64,000 bases of DNA from Candidatus Omnitrophota bacterium (GCA_029261065.1 JAJDCB010000006.1:284-64283); one strand, 5' to 3'; positions 47,255-57,330 are shown, counted from the first letter of the stretch. The notes: generated by a model not told the origin, from the sequence alone. A program made the numbers and translations.

Positions 47255-49161
47255 GAGCCGGATTCCTCGTCTTCTGGATCACCTTCTAAATATTCCCATC
47301 TCTGATAGGCTTTAAGCAATTCATCTTCCGTGGATTCCAATTGAATTTTGACTTGTGCAATTTCTTTGGGATCCTTCTTAAAGAATTCGGGTTCTGACAT
47401 CATTTCTACAAGATTGTTTTGCTGATCTTCAAGCTTCTCGATTAAAGCAGGTAAGTTTTTGAGTTCTTTCTGTTCATTATAAGAAAGTTGATGGGCAGGC
47501 GTAGATGATTTGGGATGTTTGTCTTTGATTGGCGTATTTTTTGAAACACTTCTTTCTTCTTTGGCTCTTTGATTTATGTTTAACCAATCATCATAACCAC
47601 CAACGTGCTCTGTAATCTCCCCTTCTTCTTGTAAAACAATCGTTGAGGTGACAACATTGTTAAGAAATGTTCGATCATGACTAACTAACAAAAGCGTTCC
47701 CTTATACTCGACGAGCAATTCCTCTAACAATTCTAGAGTTTCCACATCCAGGTCATTCGTTGGCTCATCCATAACTAATAAATTAGATGCTTTTGTAAAG
47801 AGTCGGGCTAGTAAAAGACGATTACGTTCACCACCTGAGAGAACTTTAACTGGTGTACGGGCGCGTTCTGGAGAGAATAAAAAATCTTGTAGATATCCAA
47901 TCAGATGCCGTGAGCGACCATTAATAGGAATGGTATCGGATCCATCACCCACATTTTCCATAACGGTTTTGTTTTCATCTAATTGTTCACGCAGCTGATC
48001 AAAGTAGGTGATACTTAGATTCGTTCCCATTTGAATATCACCGTGTTGGGGTTTGAGCTTTCCCAACAAAATTTTAAGTAACGTTGTCTTTCCTGAACCA
48101 TTGGGTCCAATCACGCCAATTTTATCACCACGCATTATGATCGTGGAAAAATCTTTGATCAAACATAGCTCATCATAATTAAATTTTAAATGATCCGCTT
48201 TGACCACCCTTTGGCCTGATCGATCTGTTTCCTGCGCTGTCATCCGCACCTTCCCCATTAACTGGCGCTCATTCTTTTTCTCTTCCCGCATCCGCTCAAG
48301 GGCTCGCACCCGACCTTCATTCCTTGTCCGTCTGGCTTTAATACCTTTTCGAATCCACTTTTCTTCCTCAGATAATTTTTTAGCAAATTCAACACGTTGA
48401 TTAGCTTCCACATCCAATGCGGCTTTCTTACGTTCCAAAAATGTATTGTAATCACAAGACCAACTAAAAAGTTTGCCGCGATCCAACTCAACAATCTTTG
48501 TTGCCAAATGCGTCATAAACATCCGGTCATGCGTCACAAAGAAAATAGTGCCGTGATAATTTTTTAAAAATCCTTCTAACCAATTAATCGATTCGATATC
48601 CAAATGATTGGTCGGTTCATCTAACAATAAGACCTCGGGACTTAACATTAACGCCTTGGCCAAAAGCACTCTTCGTTTTTGTCCACCCGATAATAATTCA
48701 AATTGACCTTCAGGATCGACCTTCATCTGCGAAATCACCAACTCCACTTGCCTATCAACCTCCCAGCCATTCGTTTGATCCATCTGATGTTGCAAATTAT
48801 CCAATTGACGCAAAAGAGCTGGCGTTTGTTCGCTTTGCAAACGATGATTCACATGATGGTAATCGGCAACAACTTGAGCTTGCTCGCCTAAACCCGATAA
48901 CACAATATCAAAAACATTCCCTGTTAAATCAACAGGAACCTCCTGGGGAAGGTGAGTGACATTAATTCCTTTTTGATAAATGATCTTCCCCTCATCAATT
49001 CCAATCTGCCCTGCCATCACCTTCATCAAAGTTGTTTTGCCCACCCCATTACGACCCAACAAAGCCACCCGTTCACCCGCTTCCAATTGCAGACTCATCT
49101 GATCAAATAGCAGAGGACCGCCAAGGGCCAAGGAAATATCTTGTATACTAATAAGTGCCAT
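47251..49161 (-). CDS. uup: ABC-F family ATPase (Uup-like)
   Basis: Two ABC domains (GRNGVGKT/LSGGQ/DEPTN and GPNGSGKT/LSGGE/DEPTN); WIRKGIKARRTRNEGRVRAL linker; C-terminal coiled coil; start moved to ATG 49161. Confidence 0.88.
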   Translation of the reverse strand: MALISIQDISLALGGPLLFDQMSLQLEAGERVALLGRNGVGKTTLMKVMAGQIGIDEGKIIYQKGINVTHLPQEVPVDLTGNVFDIVLSGLGEQAQVVADYHHVNHRLQSEQTPALLRQLDNLQHQMDQTNGWEVDRQVELVISQMKVDPEGQFELLSGGQKRRVLLAKALMLSPEVLLLDEPTNHLDIESINWLEGFLKNYHGTIFFVTHDRMFMTHLATKIVELDRGKLFSWSCDYNTFLERKKAALDVEANQRVEFAKKLSEEEKWIRKGIKARRTRNEGRVRALERMREEKKNERQLMGKVRMTAQETDRSGQRVVKADHLKFNYDELCLIKDFSTIIMRGDKIGVIGPNGSGKTTLLKILLGKLKPQHGDIQMGTNLSITYFDQLREQLDENKTVMENVGDGSDTIPINGRSRHLIGYLQDFLFSPERARTPVKVLSGGERNRLLLARLFTKASNLLVMDEPTNDLDVETLELLEELLVEYKGTLLLVSHDRTFLNNVVTSTIVLQEEGEITEHVGGYDDWLNINQRAKEERSVSKNTPIKDKHPKSSTPAHQLSYNEQKELKNLPALIEKLEDQQNNLVEMMSEPEFFKKDPKEIAQVKIQLESTEDELLKAYQRWEYLEGDPEDEESGS

Positions 49162-49210
49162 ACGAACTCTTTCTTGTGAATGATTAACTGTTGAAGTGGG
49201 ATAGTATAGC

Positions 49211-49235
49211 AAAAAAACCGCTAAAAAGCGGTTTT
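49211..49235 (-). terminator. Rho-independent terminator of the TetR-regulated operon
   Basis: AAAACCGCT-TTTT-AGCGGTTTTTTT on the minus strand. Confidence 0.7.
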
Positions 49236-49312
49236 ATTTGTGCTCTGGTGAAAAACAGACAAATTGCTATATGACACACAATTTGCCCATTCTTCTTATC
49301 TTTATTGAAATT

Positions 49313-49795
49313 TTATCTCCCCCCTTTCTGCAATAATAATCGAAATACCACAACATGGCTCACTAATAAAGCAGGGACAATAACGGCTGGGATAAAATAA
49401 GTTGCACCCATATGACCATCCGAAGTAAATATAACCCCTCTTACAACAGCGTTCAATAAATCTAGTGTTCCTTCAATATTAAAAACCCAAACCAAGGGAA
49501 TCGCCATCTTCCAATTAGATTTTAATGCAACAATGGACGCAAGTGCCAATATGGCCGCCAACAAATCTCCGTAAGCAGCTGGATGTGCAAATCTGGAATC
49601 AAGGGCTTGTGCCGTTACACCTTCGATTAAAAATGACATTCCGATAAATCGAAACGAATGAAGAAAGAGTATTGGTGTTAAGCCCTCAGATAATGATTTC
49701 TCATGCGCCCAAGGCAAAACATACCATTTCGCCATTAAACCATAACTGATAAACCCCATGACCATACTCATGGGCAAAATGAACCCGATGTTCAT
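49313..49795 (-). CDS. Membrane hypothetical protein (5 TM)
   Basis: LHSFRFIG...AAYGDL...VFNIEGTLDL...VPALLVSH; start moved to ATG 49795 after an AAAGGGGG RBS. Confidence 0.7.
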   Translation of the reverse strand: MNIGFILPMSMVMGFISYGLMAKWYVLPWAHEKSLSEGLTPILFLHSFRFIGMSFLIEGVTAQALDSRFAHPAAYGDLLAAILALASIVALKSNWKMAIPLVWVFNIEGTLDLLNAVVRGVIFTSDGHMGATYFIPAVIVPALLVSHVVVFRLLLQKGGR

Positions 49796-49823
49796 AATTC
49801 CCCCTTTGTTTAAAAACTTAAAA

Positions 49824-50255
49824 TTATTTTGCTGGTGCAATAAACTCCATACGAATCCCACCAGGCTCTGTTATCATCATGTGTTTTGTAGGTCCACCAT
49901 GTAAGTTTTCAGGTGGAAATTCAATATTCACATTGTCAGCTTTGTTTAATTTTTCATACAAGCCTTTAAGTTTTTCTTCTCCATCAACAATAAAAGCAAG
50001 ATGATGAAGTCCAATGTTTGCACGACGGTCGAATTCTATAAGATCTTCTGCTTTAACTTGCCAAAGCGCAATCATCATTGATCCATCGGTCACAAAAGCC
50101 GCAGGATAATCAGGAACTTCGCCCACTTTTTTAAAATGAAGCACAGTTTCAAAAAAATTCAGCGTTGTTGGAAGATCTTTGACGGTTAAACCAACATGAT
50201 GAACGCCTTGTGTTTGTGGTGTCACTTGATTCTCAGCTTGTGTTTGTGTTGTCAT
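49824..50255 (-). CDS. VOC (glyoxalase/bleomycin-resistance) family protein
   Basis: GVHHVGLTVKDL, GLHHLAF, EPGGIRMEF. Confidence 0.9.
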   Translation of the reverse strand: MTTQTQAENQVTPQTQGVHHVGLTVKDLPTTLNFFETVLHFKKVGEVPDYPAAFVTDGSMMIALWQVKAEDLIEFDRRANIGLHHLAFIVDGEEKLKGLYEKLNKADNVNIEFPPENLHGGPTKHMMITEPGGIRMEFIAPAK

Positions 50256-50860
50256 TTTAATTTCCTTTTTAATTGTGCGTTTTCTTCCTTTAGTTGATTA
50301 ATTTTTTCCTTTAAATCCTTAAATGTTTCTCCCATTTCTTCTTCTGTGTACCGCGGCATAATGTGTTGTGGGCAATTGATATCGATCATCTTGATTTCAA
50401 AGACGATGGCTCGCTCGAGTTTCGCCTTATAACTGGCATCATGCAAACTTTCCAAAAGTTTTAAATCGTCCTCGACAACGCGAGCCTCACCCCATATCTT
50501 TACTCTTCTGCGATTAGGATAATCCATCAGAAAAATATACGCCTTTGTATTTTCCTGTAGCGTTCCAGCAGTGATATATTGTTTATTACCTGAATAATCA
50601 GCAAAGGCGAGTGTCTCTCTATCTAACATTTTCAAAAACCCTTTCGGGCCGCCCCGATGTTGAATATAGGGCTGCCCGTCTTGGCTTGCTGTACCTAGAT
50701 AAAAAGAATCACGTTCAACGATGAATGAAACCAAATCATCCGTCACAGCATTTCGAAAACCACCCCTCTCATCCATTTTGGCGTAACTGGTTCTTGAGCC
50801 AAACTTTTCTTGCATGGATTTAACCACCGGGGAGAAAGCTATATCACTTATTGAACTCAT
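50252..50860 (-). CDS. Pyridoxamine 5'-phosphate oxidase-like FMN-binding protein
   Basis: FYLGTAS.DGQPYIQHRGGPKGF, DYSGNKQY, RRVKIWG, NCPQHI. Confidence 0.88.
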   Translation of the reverse strand: MSSISDIAFSPVVKSMQEKFGSRTSYAKMDERGGFRNAVTDDLVSFIVERDSFYLGTASQDGQPYIQHRGGPKGFLKMLDRETLAFADYSGNKQYITAGTLQENTKAYIFLMDYPNRRRVKIWGEARVVEDDLKLLESLHDASYKAKLERAIVFEIKMIDINCPQHIMPRYTEEEMGETFKDLKEKINQLKEENAQLKRKLK

Positions 50861-50874
50861 CGTCGATACCTCCT

Positions 50875-51420
50875 TTACACATTCAAAAGCTCAGGCGCTT
50901 GTGGAAAGTCAACTTGAGTGTCAGCAATGTGGTTTAAGTAATTGTTAAAAACATTTAGTGAAACAAAGCCAATCAGTTCTACTAATGCCGCTTTGCTATA
51001 ACCGGCTTCTATAAACTGATTAATAGATTCCTCCAGGGGTTGTCCGCGTGTTTCTGCTATTTCTTTAGCAAGATGAACAAGCGCGTTAAGCTTTGGATCA
51101 TAGGATCTGCCACCGCGTAGATTCAATGTTTCCTCATCTGTTAAACCAACCACCTTGCCAATAGCCGTATGCGCGGCTAAACAATATTGGCAAAAATTTT
51201 CCTGGCTCACGCTTAGAGCAATGGCTTCTACTTCTTGCGCATTAAACTCACCCTTCTTAAGGGTTTCTCCATATTGTAGGATCGCACTCAAAGCCGCTGG
51301 TGAATTAGCCGTTGTCGCATAAAGATTAGGGATCATTCCCATTTTTTTCTTGAATCCATCAAACACTTTTTGAACATCCCTAGGTGCTTCATCATAAGTT
51401 ACTGCATTTAATTTCTTCAT
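50875..51420 (-). CDS. AhpD/carboxymuconolactone-decarboxylase family peroxidase-related protein
   Basis: GMIPNLY, EAIALSVSQENFCQYCLAAH (CxxC...H). Confidence 0.9.
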   Translation of the reverse strand: MKKLNAVTYDEAPRDVQKVFDGFKKKMGMIPNLYATTANSPAALSAILQYGETLKKGEFNAQEVEAIALSVSQENFCQYCLAAHTAIGKVVGLTDEETLNLRGGRSYDPKLNALVHLAKEIAETRGQPLEESINQFIEAGYSKAALVELIGFVSLNVFNNYLNHIADTQVDFPQAPELLNV

Positions 51421-51497
51421 CTCGTATCTCCTTTTTTGTAATTAACCAAGCTCGGCCTCGCCAAAGCGGGGACGGCCCTTTATTAAATTAACAATTT

Positions 51498-51641
51498 TCA
51501 TCTTGCCCCATCCGCATAATTAACCATTTTTCGTAACTCCGTTTCTTCATCAAAGTTTCCCATTCCTGATGCTTGTAAATCAATAAGGGAATCAAGGCTG
51601 TCGTAATAATCTCCAATTCGATTTAAGTAAGGTGTTATCAT
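51498..51641 (-). CDS. 47-aa acidic microprotein (not in the ORF track)
   Basis: AAAAGGAG RBS then MITPYLNRIGDYYDSLDSLIDLQASGMGNFDEETELRKMVNYADGAR*. Confidence 0.5.
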   Translation of the reverse strand: MITPYLNRIGDYYDSLDSLIDLQASGMGNFDEETELRKMVNYADGAR

Positions 51642-51657
51642 TTCGCTCTCCTTTTTG

Positions 51658-51677
51658 CGAACAGACCATTCTGTTCG
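51658..51677. promoter_or_regulatory. TetR operator upstream of the AhpD operon
   Basis: Palindrome CGAACAGA-ccat-TCTGTTCG, near-identical to 52305-52324. Confidence 0.75.
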
Positions 51678-51695
51678 TTAATTAGTCAAAAAAAT

Positions 51696-52289
51696 TTAAG
51701 TTTCCTTACAAACTATCTTCAAAATAGACCTTCGAGCTGTCTCAATAGGCCCAAGATCGCCATAAATCTGGCTGGCCGAAATGGCCCCTTCCATTAACAC
51801 AAAATAGGCATTCACAACAAACTCAATATCTAACCCCTTATACTTTGCATCGGAATCCTTTAAATCCTTGGTCAATTCCCTGATGATCGATTTGAGCCCA
51901 TCTTTAGTGTAAACAACCTCTTTACGCATGCTAGAATGGGTGTCCGTAATTTCAGAGGCTATATTAAGGAAGGCACAGCCTCGGAATTTGCATTGAGGAA
52001 GCCATTCATCAAAATAGGCCAGTGGCGCTAGAAACCGATCCCTAGGTTTCTTATATTCCTCAATCTTCTCCTTAAGCATACCTCCCCAGAGGCTTCCTCT
52101 CGCTTGAAGATAGCTCACACAAAGATCTTCTTTGGATTTAAAGTGATCGTAGAAACTGGCTTTTGAAACACCGGCCTCATCTATAATCTGATTGATCCCA
52201 GTGGCCAAATATCCTTGATTATAAAACAGATTGAGAGCTGTCTCAATGATCCTTTGTTTGGGTCCTAAACTTTTGGTTGCCTTATTCAT
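51696..52289 (-). CDS. TetR/AcrR family regulator (NemR-like)
   Basis: IIETALNLFYNQGY.ATGINQII.EAGVSKASFYDHFKSKEDL; RGC motif. Confidence 0.93.
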   Translation of the reverse strand: MNKATKSLGPKQRIIETALNLFYNQGYLATGINQIIDEAGVSKASFYDHFKSKEDLCVSYLQARGSLWGGMLKEKIEEYKKPRDRFLAPLAYFDEWLPQCKFRGCAFLNIASEITDTHSSMRKEVVYTKDGLKSIIRELTKDLKDSDAKYKGLDIEFVVNAYFVLMEGAISASQIYGDLGPIETARRSILKIVCKET

Positions 52290-52295
52290 GTCTAG

Positions 52296-52324
52296 AGTAT
52301 AAAACGAACAGACCAGTCTGTCAA
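52296..52324 (-). promoter_or_regulatory. Sigma70 promoter of tetR with its operator in the spacer; leaderless
   Basis: TTGACA-GACTGGTCTGTTCGTTT-TATACT, then 6 nt, then ATG. Confidence 0.8.
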
Positions 52325-52332
52325 GTCATTTT

Positions 52333-52989
52333 TTATTCTTTTATTATTTTCTTTAAATTCGATAATGATTCAAAAGGCCCATCTACAATGAGCAAATTAA
52401 CCACCCATGCTGGGATATTCCCTGCAGGATCCGCAATAAATTGATACCAAACGTCTGTGGTCCCATCTTCTTTGGGGGTAAGAATCCATTGGCCGTTGGC
52501 AATGGGCATCCGGACTTTATTATTTTTTTCTGGAATGTAGGTTGGCATCTCCTTTAACTCAATCGTAACCATATTCGTTGCAGAATCTTTTTGCATATGC
52601 CAATGTCCAATTAAATCCCTATTCTTAAAAGGAAACGGCACTTTTATTTCAAAATAATAAATCAATTCGCTATCACTTTTATCGTCTAAAACATCCGTCA
52701 TTTTACAATCTGCGTACCATTTTGGATAAGACTTAAGATCTCTTAGTATAGTTACCAAAGTTGAAGTCGTAGCGTTAATATTTGTGACAGCAACAAACTC
52801 TTTAACCTTGGACGTCTCAAAGGTACGTGTATAAACAACAATATCTTTCTTCGCCAAGGCCTGCTTCCACCCCTCTTTTAAAAGATTTTGCTCGGCTACC
52901 CTATGATCAAAGCCATAAGCATCCCCAGGTTCTAAAACGACCAAACAACTCAATGATACTATTAGTAATAATAATATATATTTTTTCAT
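52333..52989 (-). CDS. Exported START/SRPBCC domain lipid-binding protein
   Basis: Signal peptide; W...DIVVY, VPFPFKNRD, ADPAGNIPAWVVN. Confidence 0.85.
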   Translation of the reverse strand: MKKYILLLLIVSLSCLVVLEPGDAYGFDHRVAEQNLLKEGWKQALAKKDIVVYTRTFETSKVKEFVAVTNINATTSTLVTILRDLKSYPKWYADCKMTDVLDDKSDSELIYYFEIKVPFPFKNRDLIGHWHMQKDSATNMVTIELKEMPTYIPEKNNKVRMPIANGQWILTPKEDGTTDVWYQFIADPAGNIPAWVVNLLIVDGPFESLSNLKKIIKE

Positions 52990-53042
52990 GCCTCTCCTTT
53001 TTTAAATCTTTCCAACCGTTTATGCTATAATATCCCCTTCTT

Positions 53043-53591
53043 ATGAAAAAACAAACAGAAAAAGTTGTCTTTAAAGGTGAATGGCTTTCCGTGCATGAAT
53101 CGGTTTACCTCAATCAAAATGGTCAAGAAATTGTATGGGAAAGTGTCCGGCGTCAGCGTAGTAAGGCCGGTGTTGTTGTCTTTGCTAAAATGAAACCATC
53201 TGGACGTTTAATCTTGGTGAAGCAATACCGCCCTGTTTTAAATGGATTTATTATTGGATTTCCCGCAGGCCTCTCCAATGATGAACCCGAACAAGCCTTA
53301 GTAGAATTGAAGGAAGAAACAGGATATGTTGGAACAATTACGGAGATCAGTCCTATTCTAAAAAGTAATGGCGGTATTATAGATGATGGAGGCCGCGTCG
53401 TCTGTATCGAGGTTGATGAAAATGATCCGCGCAATAAAAACCCGCAGCAAGAGTTGGAACCTACCGAACAAATTGAAGTCTTTCCCATTCATCCTGATGA
53501 CGCCTATGATTTTTTGATGAAAGAGTACGAACAAAAAACGCATATCGCCGCTAACCTTTGGTATTTGTTTGTTCTTAGTAAAATGATTTGA
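53043..53591 (+). CDS. NUDIX hydrolase (ADP-ribose pyrophosphatase-like)
   Basis: LVKQYRP...FPAGL...ALVELKEETGY Nudix box. Confidence 0.88.
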   Translation: MKKQTEKVVFKGEWLSVHESVYLNQNGQEIVWESVRRQRSKAGVVVFAKMKPSGRLILVKQYRPVLNGFIIGFPAGLSNDEPEQALVELKEETGYVGTITEISPILKSNGGIIDDGGRVVCIEVDENDPRNKNPQQELEPTEQIEVFPIHPDDAYDFLMKEYEQKTHIAANLWYLFVLSKMI

Positions 53592-53610
53592 AAAACTACG
53601 CGGAAGAACC

Positions 53611-56079
53611 TTATTCTGAAGGCTTAGCATACTGAAGAATTGTTTTTCTAAGTTTATTAATATCAATCGGCTTAGAAAGGAAATCCGTCATACCAATCGT
53701 TTCAGCTTTTTCTTTATCCTCTCTCATGACGGCTGCCGTTAACGCAATAATTGGAAAACTTTGACTAATATCTTTTCGAATAATCTCCGTAGCTTCGACC
53801 CCCCCCATGATAGGCATTTGCAAATCCATTAAACACATATCAAACTCATTATCCGAATTAAGCATCGCAATCGCCTCTTCTCCATTATTCGCATAATGCC
53901 CCTCACATCCTAACTCTTCAAAATAGGCTTGAATCAACATCTGATTCGGCAGACTATCTTCAACAACCAAAACTTTAATACCTTCACAACTCATTTTATT
54001 TTCTTTTGTTTTTTCTTGTTCTTTTTGATACCCCAAAACATATGCAAGAGTTACCATCATTTCCTTCATTTCAACTGGCTTAATGATATAGGCATCAAAA
54101 ACCTCTGATGTAGCTTCCTTCGAAGACTCAGCCGTTATATCTGCCGTTACAGCGACACATTTGGTATCTTTATAAGCTTTATTTTCTTTTACCTTTTTTA
54201 TAAATTCATGCCCATTCATCCCTTCCATCATAAGGTCACAGAGAATCAAATCAGGAACAACGTCCTTTTGCGTCTTAAGATTATCAAGCTTATGCAAAGC
54301 CGCTTGTGGAGAATCCGCTTCACCAAACATTTTTAGTCCCATTTCTTCACAACATTTATAAATAATTTTTCTTGCGATTTTACTATCATCCACAACAAAA
54401 ACTTTTTTATATTCTAATACTTCCCGATAAGAAGCATCCATTTCCTTATTGTCAAAAACCTCGCCCGCGTTTAATTTAACTGTAAAAATAAATTCTGTAC
54501 CCACGCCCTCCTCAGATTCCACATCTATCTTTCCACCCATGGCCCCAACAAGAGCTTTAGAAATCGTTAGTCCTAAGCCCGTCCCACCAAATTTTCTTGT
54601 TGTTGATTCATCTGCCTGTGTAAATGATTCAAAAATGGCATCTAATTTATCGTTTGGAATTCCTATTCCCGTATCCTTAACACGAAAACAAATTTCAACG
54701 TCTTCACCAGGCAAAACATCTTTTTGATGCAACAAACGAACGATGACACCAATGTTTCCCTGAGATGTAAATTTAACAGCGTTGCCCAACAAGTTGACAA
54801 ACACCTGCTTTAAACGTGTTGGGTCTCCCTTCACATTAATAGGTACATTTGAATCGATATCCACATAAGTATCAAAGGGTTTATCTTTCATACGAACAAC
54901 AATCATCTTAAAAGCATCGTAAATTAATGTTTCTAAATTAAAATCAACTTCTTCCAACATAATTTTTCCTGATTCTAATTTTGAAACATCTAAGATGTCG
55001 TCAATAATTCCTACAAGCAATTCTCCACCCGATGCAACAGCATCAAGATAAGTTTTTTGTTTATCATTAAGCGTTGTCTTTCTTAACAAATCGCTAAAGC
55101 CCAAAATGGCATTCATAGGCGTACGAATCTCATGGGACATATTTGCCAAAAAGTTACTTTTAGCCTTAGCTGAGATTTCCGCTTCATCTAATGCTTTCTC
55201 CAATCGTTTTTCATGTTCTCGTAATTTTTCATTAGCCACTTCCAATGTATTCTGAGCTCTTGTGAGTTTATCTACAGAAATCATGGAATTTTTTAAATCA
55301 AAAACCATCTTATTAAAGGAATCGACCAAATCACCAATTTCATCTTTCGACTTTGTCTCTACAATAATATCTAATTTTCCTTTACCAATTTCTAAGGCTG
55401 AATCTCTTAATATTATAATCGGTTTTGAAATTAATCTCGACATGACAAGTCCCAAGAAAACAGCTAAAAGAATCGCAATCATAGAAACTATAAAAATTGT
55501 CCGTAATGAACTGTTTAAAGAAGAATTAGCATGCGCGCCTCGCCTTCCAAGCTCTTCGACTTCTGCTGCTATGCGATCACCAATAGCCTCTTCTAATGAG
55601 TCTTCGATTCTCTCTACTTCATCTTTTAATACATGAATCTCTTCTTCATTTTTTCCATATTTTTTGGCATTAACCAATAAAAAAGACATATCAAACAATT
55701 CATCTTTAATATTTTTGATAATGCCAAGAAACGCCTTCTCTCCTTCCTCTTCCTCAAACTCTTCAATCTGGGCAAGTTCATAAACAGCTTTATCTAACCC
55801 TCTACTTGCGTCCTCCATTTCCGCTAACTCATCTTCTATTTGTCCCTTTGCCCCTCCTTCCGTTTCAATTAACAAAACAACGCTAAACATCTCTGCTAGT
55901 AGCCGCATGGACGTCGCATCAATTTGCCCTAAAGCTACTATTTCAGGGGTCGTCTCCTCTACAATCGCATCAAAGTCTTGAAAGACATCCCTCGTTGCAT
56001 TCCAACCAACGTACCCAACAACAGCACTCAATAAAGCAACGACGATAAAAGATAGTATTAATTTTTGACGAATGCTCAT
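53611..56079 (-). CDS. Membrane hybrid sensor kinase (four-helix sensor, HAMP, HisKA, HATPase, 2 REC)
   Basis: Two TM; DEIGDL HAMP; FLANMSHEIRTPMN; FGGTGLGL; two REC domains. Confidence 0.93.
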   Translation of the reverse strand: MSIRQKLILSFIVVALLSAVVGYVGWNATRDVFQDFDAIVEETTPEIVALGQIDATSMRLLAEMFSVVLLIETEGGAKGQIEDELAEMEDASRGLDKAVYELAQIEEFEEEEGEKAFLGIIKNIKDELFDMSFLLVNAKKYGKNEEEIHVLKDEVERIEDSLEEAIGDRIAAEVEELGRRGAHANSSLNSSLRTIFIVSMIAILLAVFLGLVMSRLISKPIIILRDSALEIGKGKLDIIVETKSKDEIGDLVDSFNKMVFDLKNSMISVDKLTRAQNTLEVANEKLREHEKRLEKALDEAEISAKAKSNFLANMSHEIRTPMNAILGFSDLLRKTTLNDKQKTYLDAVASGGELLVGIIDDILDVSKLESGKIMLEEVDFNLETLIYDAFKMIVVRMKDKPFDTYVDIDSNVPINVKGDPTRLKQVFVNLLGNAVKFTSQGNIGVIVRLLHQKDVLPGEDVEICFRVKDTGIGIPNDKLDAIFESFTQADESTTRKFGGTGLGLTISKALVGAMGGKIDVESEEGVGTEFIFTVKLNAGEVFDNKEMDASYREVLEYKKVFVVDDSKIARKIIYKCCEEMGLKMFGEADSPQAALHKLDNLKTQKDVVPDLILCDLMMEGMNGHEFIKKVKENKAYKDTKCVAVTADITAESSKEATSEVFDAYIIKPVEMKEMMVTLAYVLGYQKEQEKTKENKMSCEGIKVLVVEDSLPNQMLIQAYFEELGCEGHYANNGEEAIAMLNSDNEFDMCLMDLQMPIMGGVEATEIIRKDISQSFPIIALTAAVMREDKEKAETIGMTDFLSKPIDINKLRKTILQYAKPSE

Positions 56080-56292
56080 GACAGCTCTCTAGTTATGTAC
56101 TAATGTTCCCTTTACCCAAACTTTGACACAGTTTTTCATCTCAATCTCTTTATAAGATCAACACGTCTAGTATAATTCTTTATAACATCTTTATTGTTTA
56201 TAATATCGGAAGGCCTTAGATATAACAATGTAATAATCAACAATTTCCTTTTCAGATTATTAAATTCTTCTACTGAATAATTCCATGAGATT

Positions 56293-56556
56293 TTACATTT
56301 TCCAAATGAAGACTAAAATGCTTAACTGCAGAATAATAAGAGCGAAGAAAGCAAGCTGAAAACTTGCCTTAGCTATTTTATGCCGAAAAATCCTCTGCCC
56401 AACAAATGCTCCGATACTGCCCCCAAACAATGCCCACAAGTGTAAAACTTTTTCTGGAACACGACGCTTATTCTTAACAGCCTTACGCTTGTCATAACCA
56501 TATAAAAAAAATGTCGCAACATTAATCACACATAAATAAAGAAGAATATAATTCAT
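56293..56556 (-). CDS. DUF1294 family membrane protein
   Basis: YGYDKRKA...RVPEKVLH...GGSIGA...FRHK. Confidence 0.88.
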   Translation of the reverse strand: MNYILLYLCVINVATFFLYGYDKRKAVKNKRRVPEKVLHLWALFGGSIGAFVGQRIFRHKIAKASFQLAFFALIILQLSILVFIWKM

Positions 56557-56593
56557 ATCTTATAAATCATTGGATAATAACTTTAAATGTCTC

Positions 56594-57271
56594 TCAACGC
56601 CAAAGTTGCTTTATTTTTTTTTGATATTTAAGACGAAAAAACTCAAACTCCGGTGTGAGCTGATATACCCCACGAGAGGCACGTTCGAACCAACCTTGAT
56701 AATTTTTAATTAAAATATTTGAAGCTTTATCCACATCAAGATTTTGCCTTATATCTTGTGTTGATGACGCCCCATTCTCAAACAAATACATAGCGATACG
56801 AATCGCCTTCTCTTTATATGCCGTGAACAACAACTCTCTCGTACTACCACCTTGATTTAAATCAATGCTCCGCCCTTCAAATTCTTTTAATGCCAAATTT
56901 TTCTTTGCATAATTTTTGCGCGCCGTAAATGGTCCAGGTTTAAACTCTAAGACAACTTTCTTCTTGGTATGTTGATCTAATGTTATCAATCCACAATTCA
57001 AACGTTTAAGAAGGGCACACATCCTTTTATAAGTTTTAGGCCAACGCCCCCCTTTCCCTAAAGGAACAAAGGCATACACCTGATCTGTAATCTTAAGCCG
57101 TTCGATGAGTTGATATATTAACTGAAGATTAAAACTCGTCTTCATCTCCACAATCAAAACCTCATCCCCCTTTTGCGCCATCACATCAACACTCTCCACC
57201 TCAGAATGCACAGTATACCCCTTGGCTTTAAGAAACTTCTTAAGGGGTTTATACATCTCGACTTCTTTCAT
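56594..57271 (-). CDS. DUF2161-like putative PD-(D/E)XK-fold protein
   Basis: MKEVEMYKPLKKFL...GY.V..EV..VDV...IVEMK..FNL.L; TAYKEKA; NYQGWFER..RGVY.LT. Confidence 0.8.
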   Translation of the reverse strand: MKEVEMYKPLKKFLKAKGYTVHSEVESVDVMAQKGDEVLIVEMKTSFNLQLIYQLIERLKITDQVYAFVPLGKGGRWPKTYKRMCALLKRLNCGLITLDQHTKKKVVLEFKPGPFTARKNYAKKNLALKEFEGRSIDLNQGGSTRELLFTAYKEKAIRIAMYLFENGASSTQDIRQNLDVDKASNILIKNYQGWFERASRGVYQLTPEFEFFRLKYQKKIKQLWR

Positions 57272-57296
57272 AGGCTAAACTTCTTCAGTAAAGGCT

Positions 57297-57330
57297 CATA
57301 GTACATAGTATATAGTTTACTGTATACTAT
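57297..57330. repeat. Heptamer tandem repeat merged with an AT-rich palindrome
   Basis: CATAGTA-CATAGTA-TATAGTT; ATAGTATATAG-ttta-CTGTATACTAT. Confidence 0.55.
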
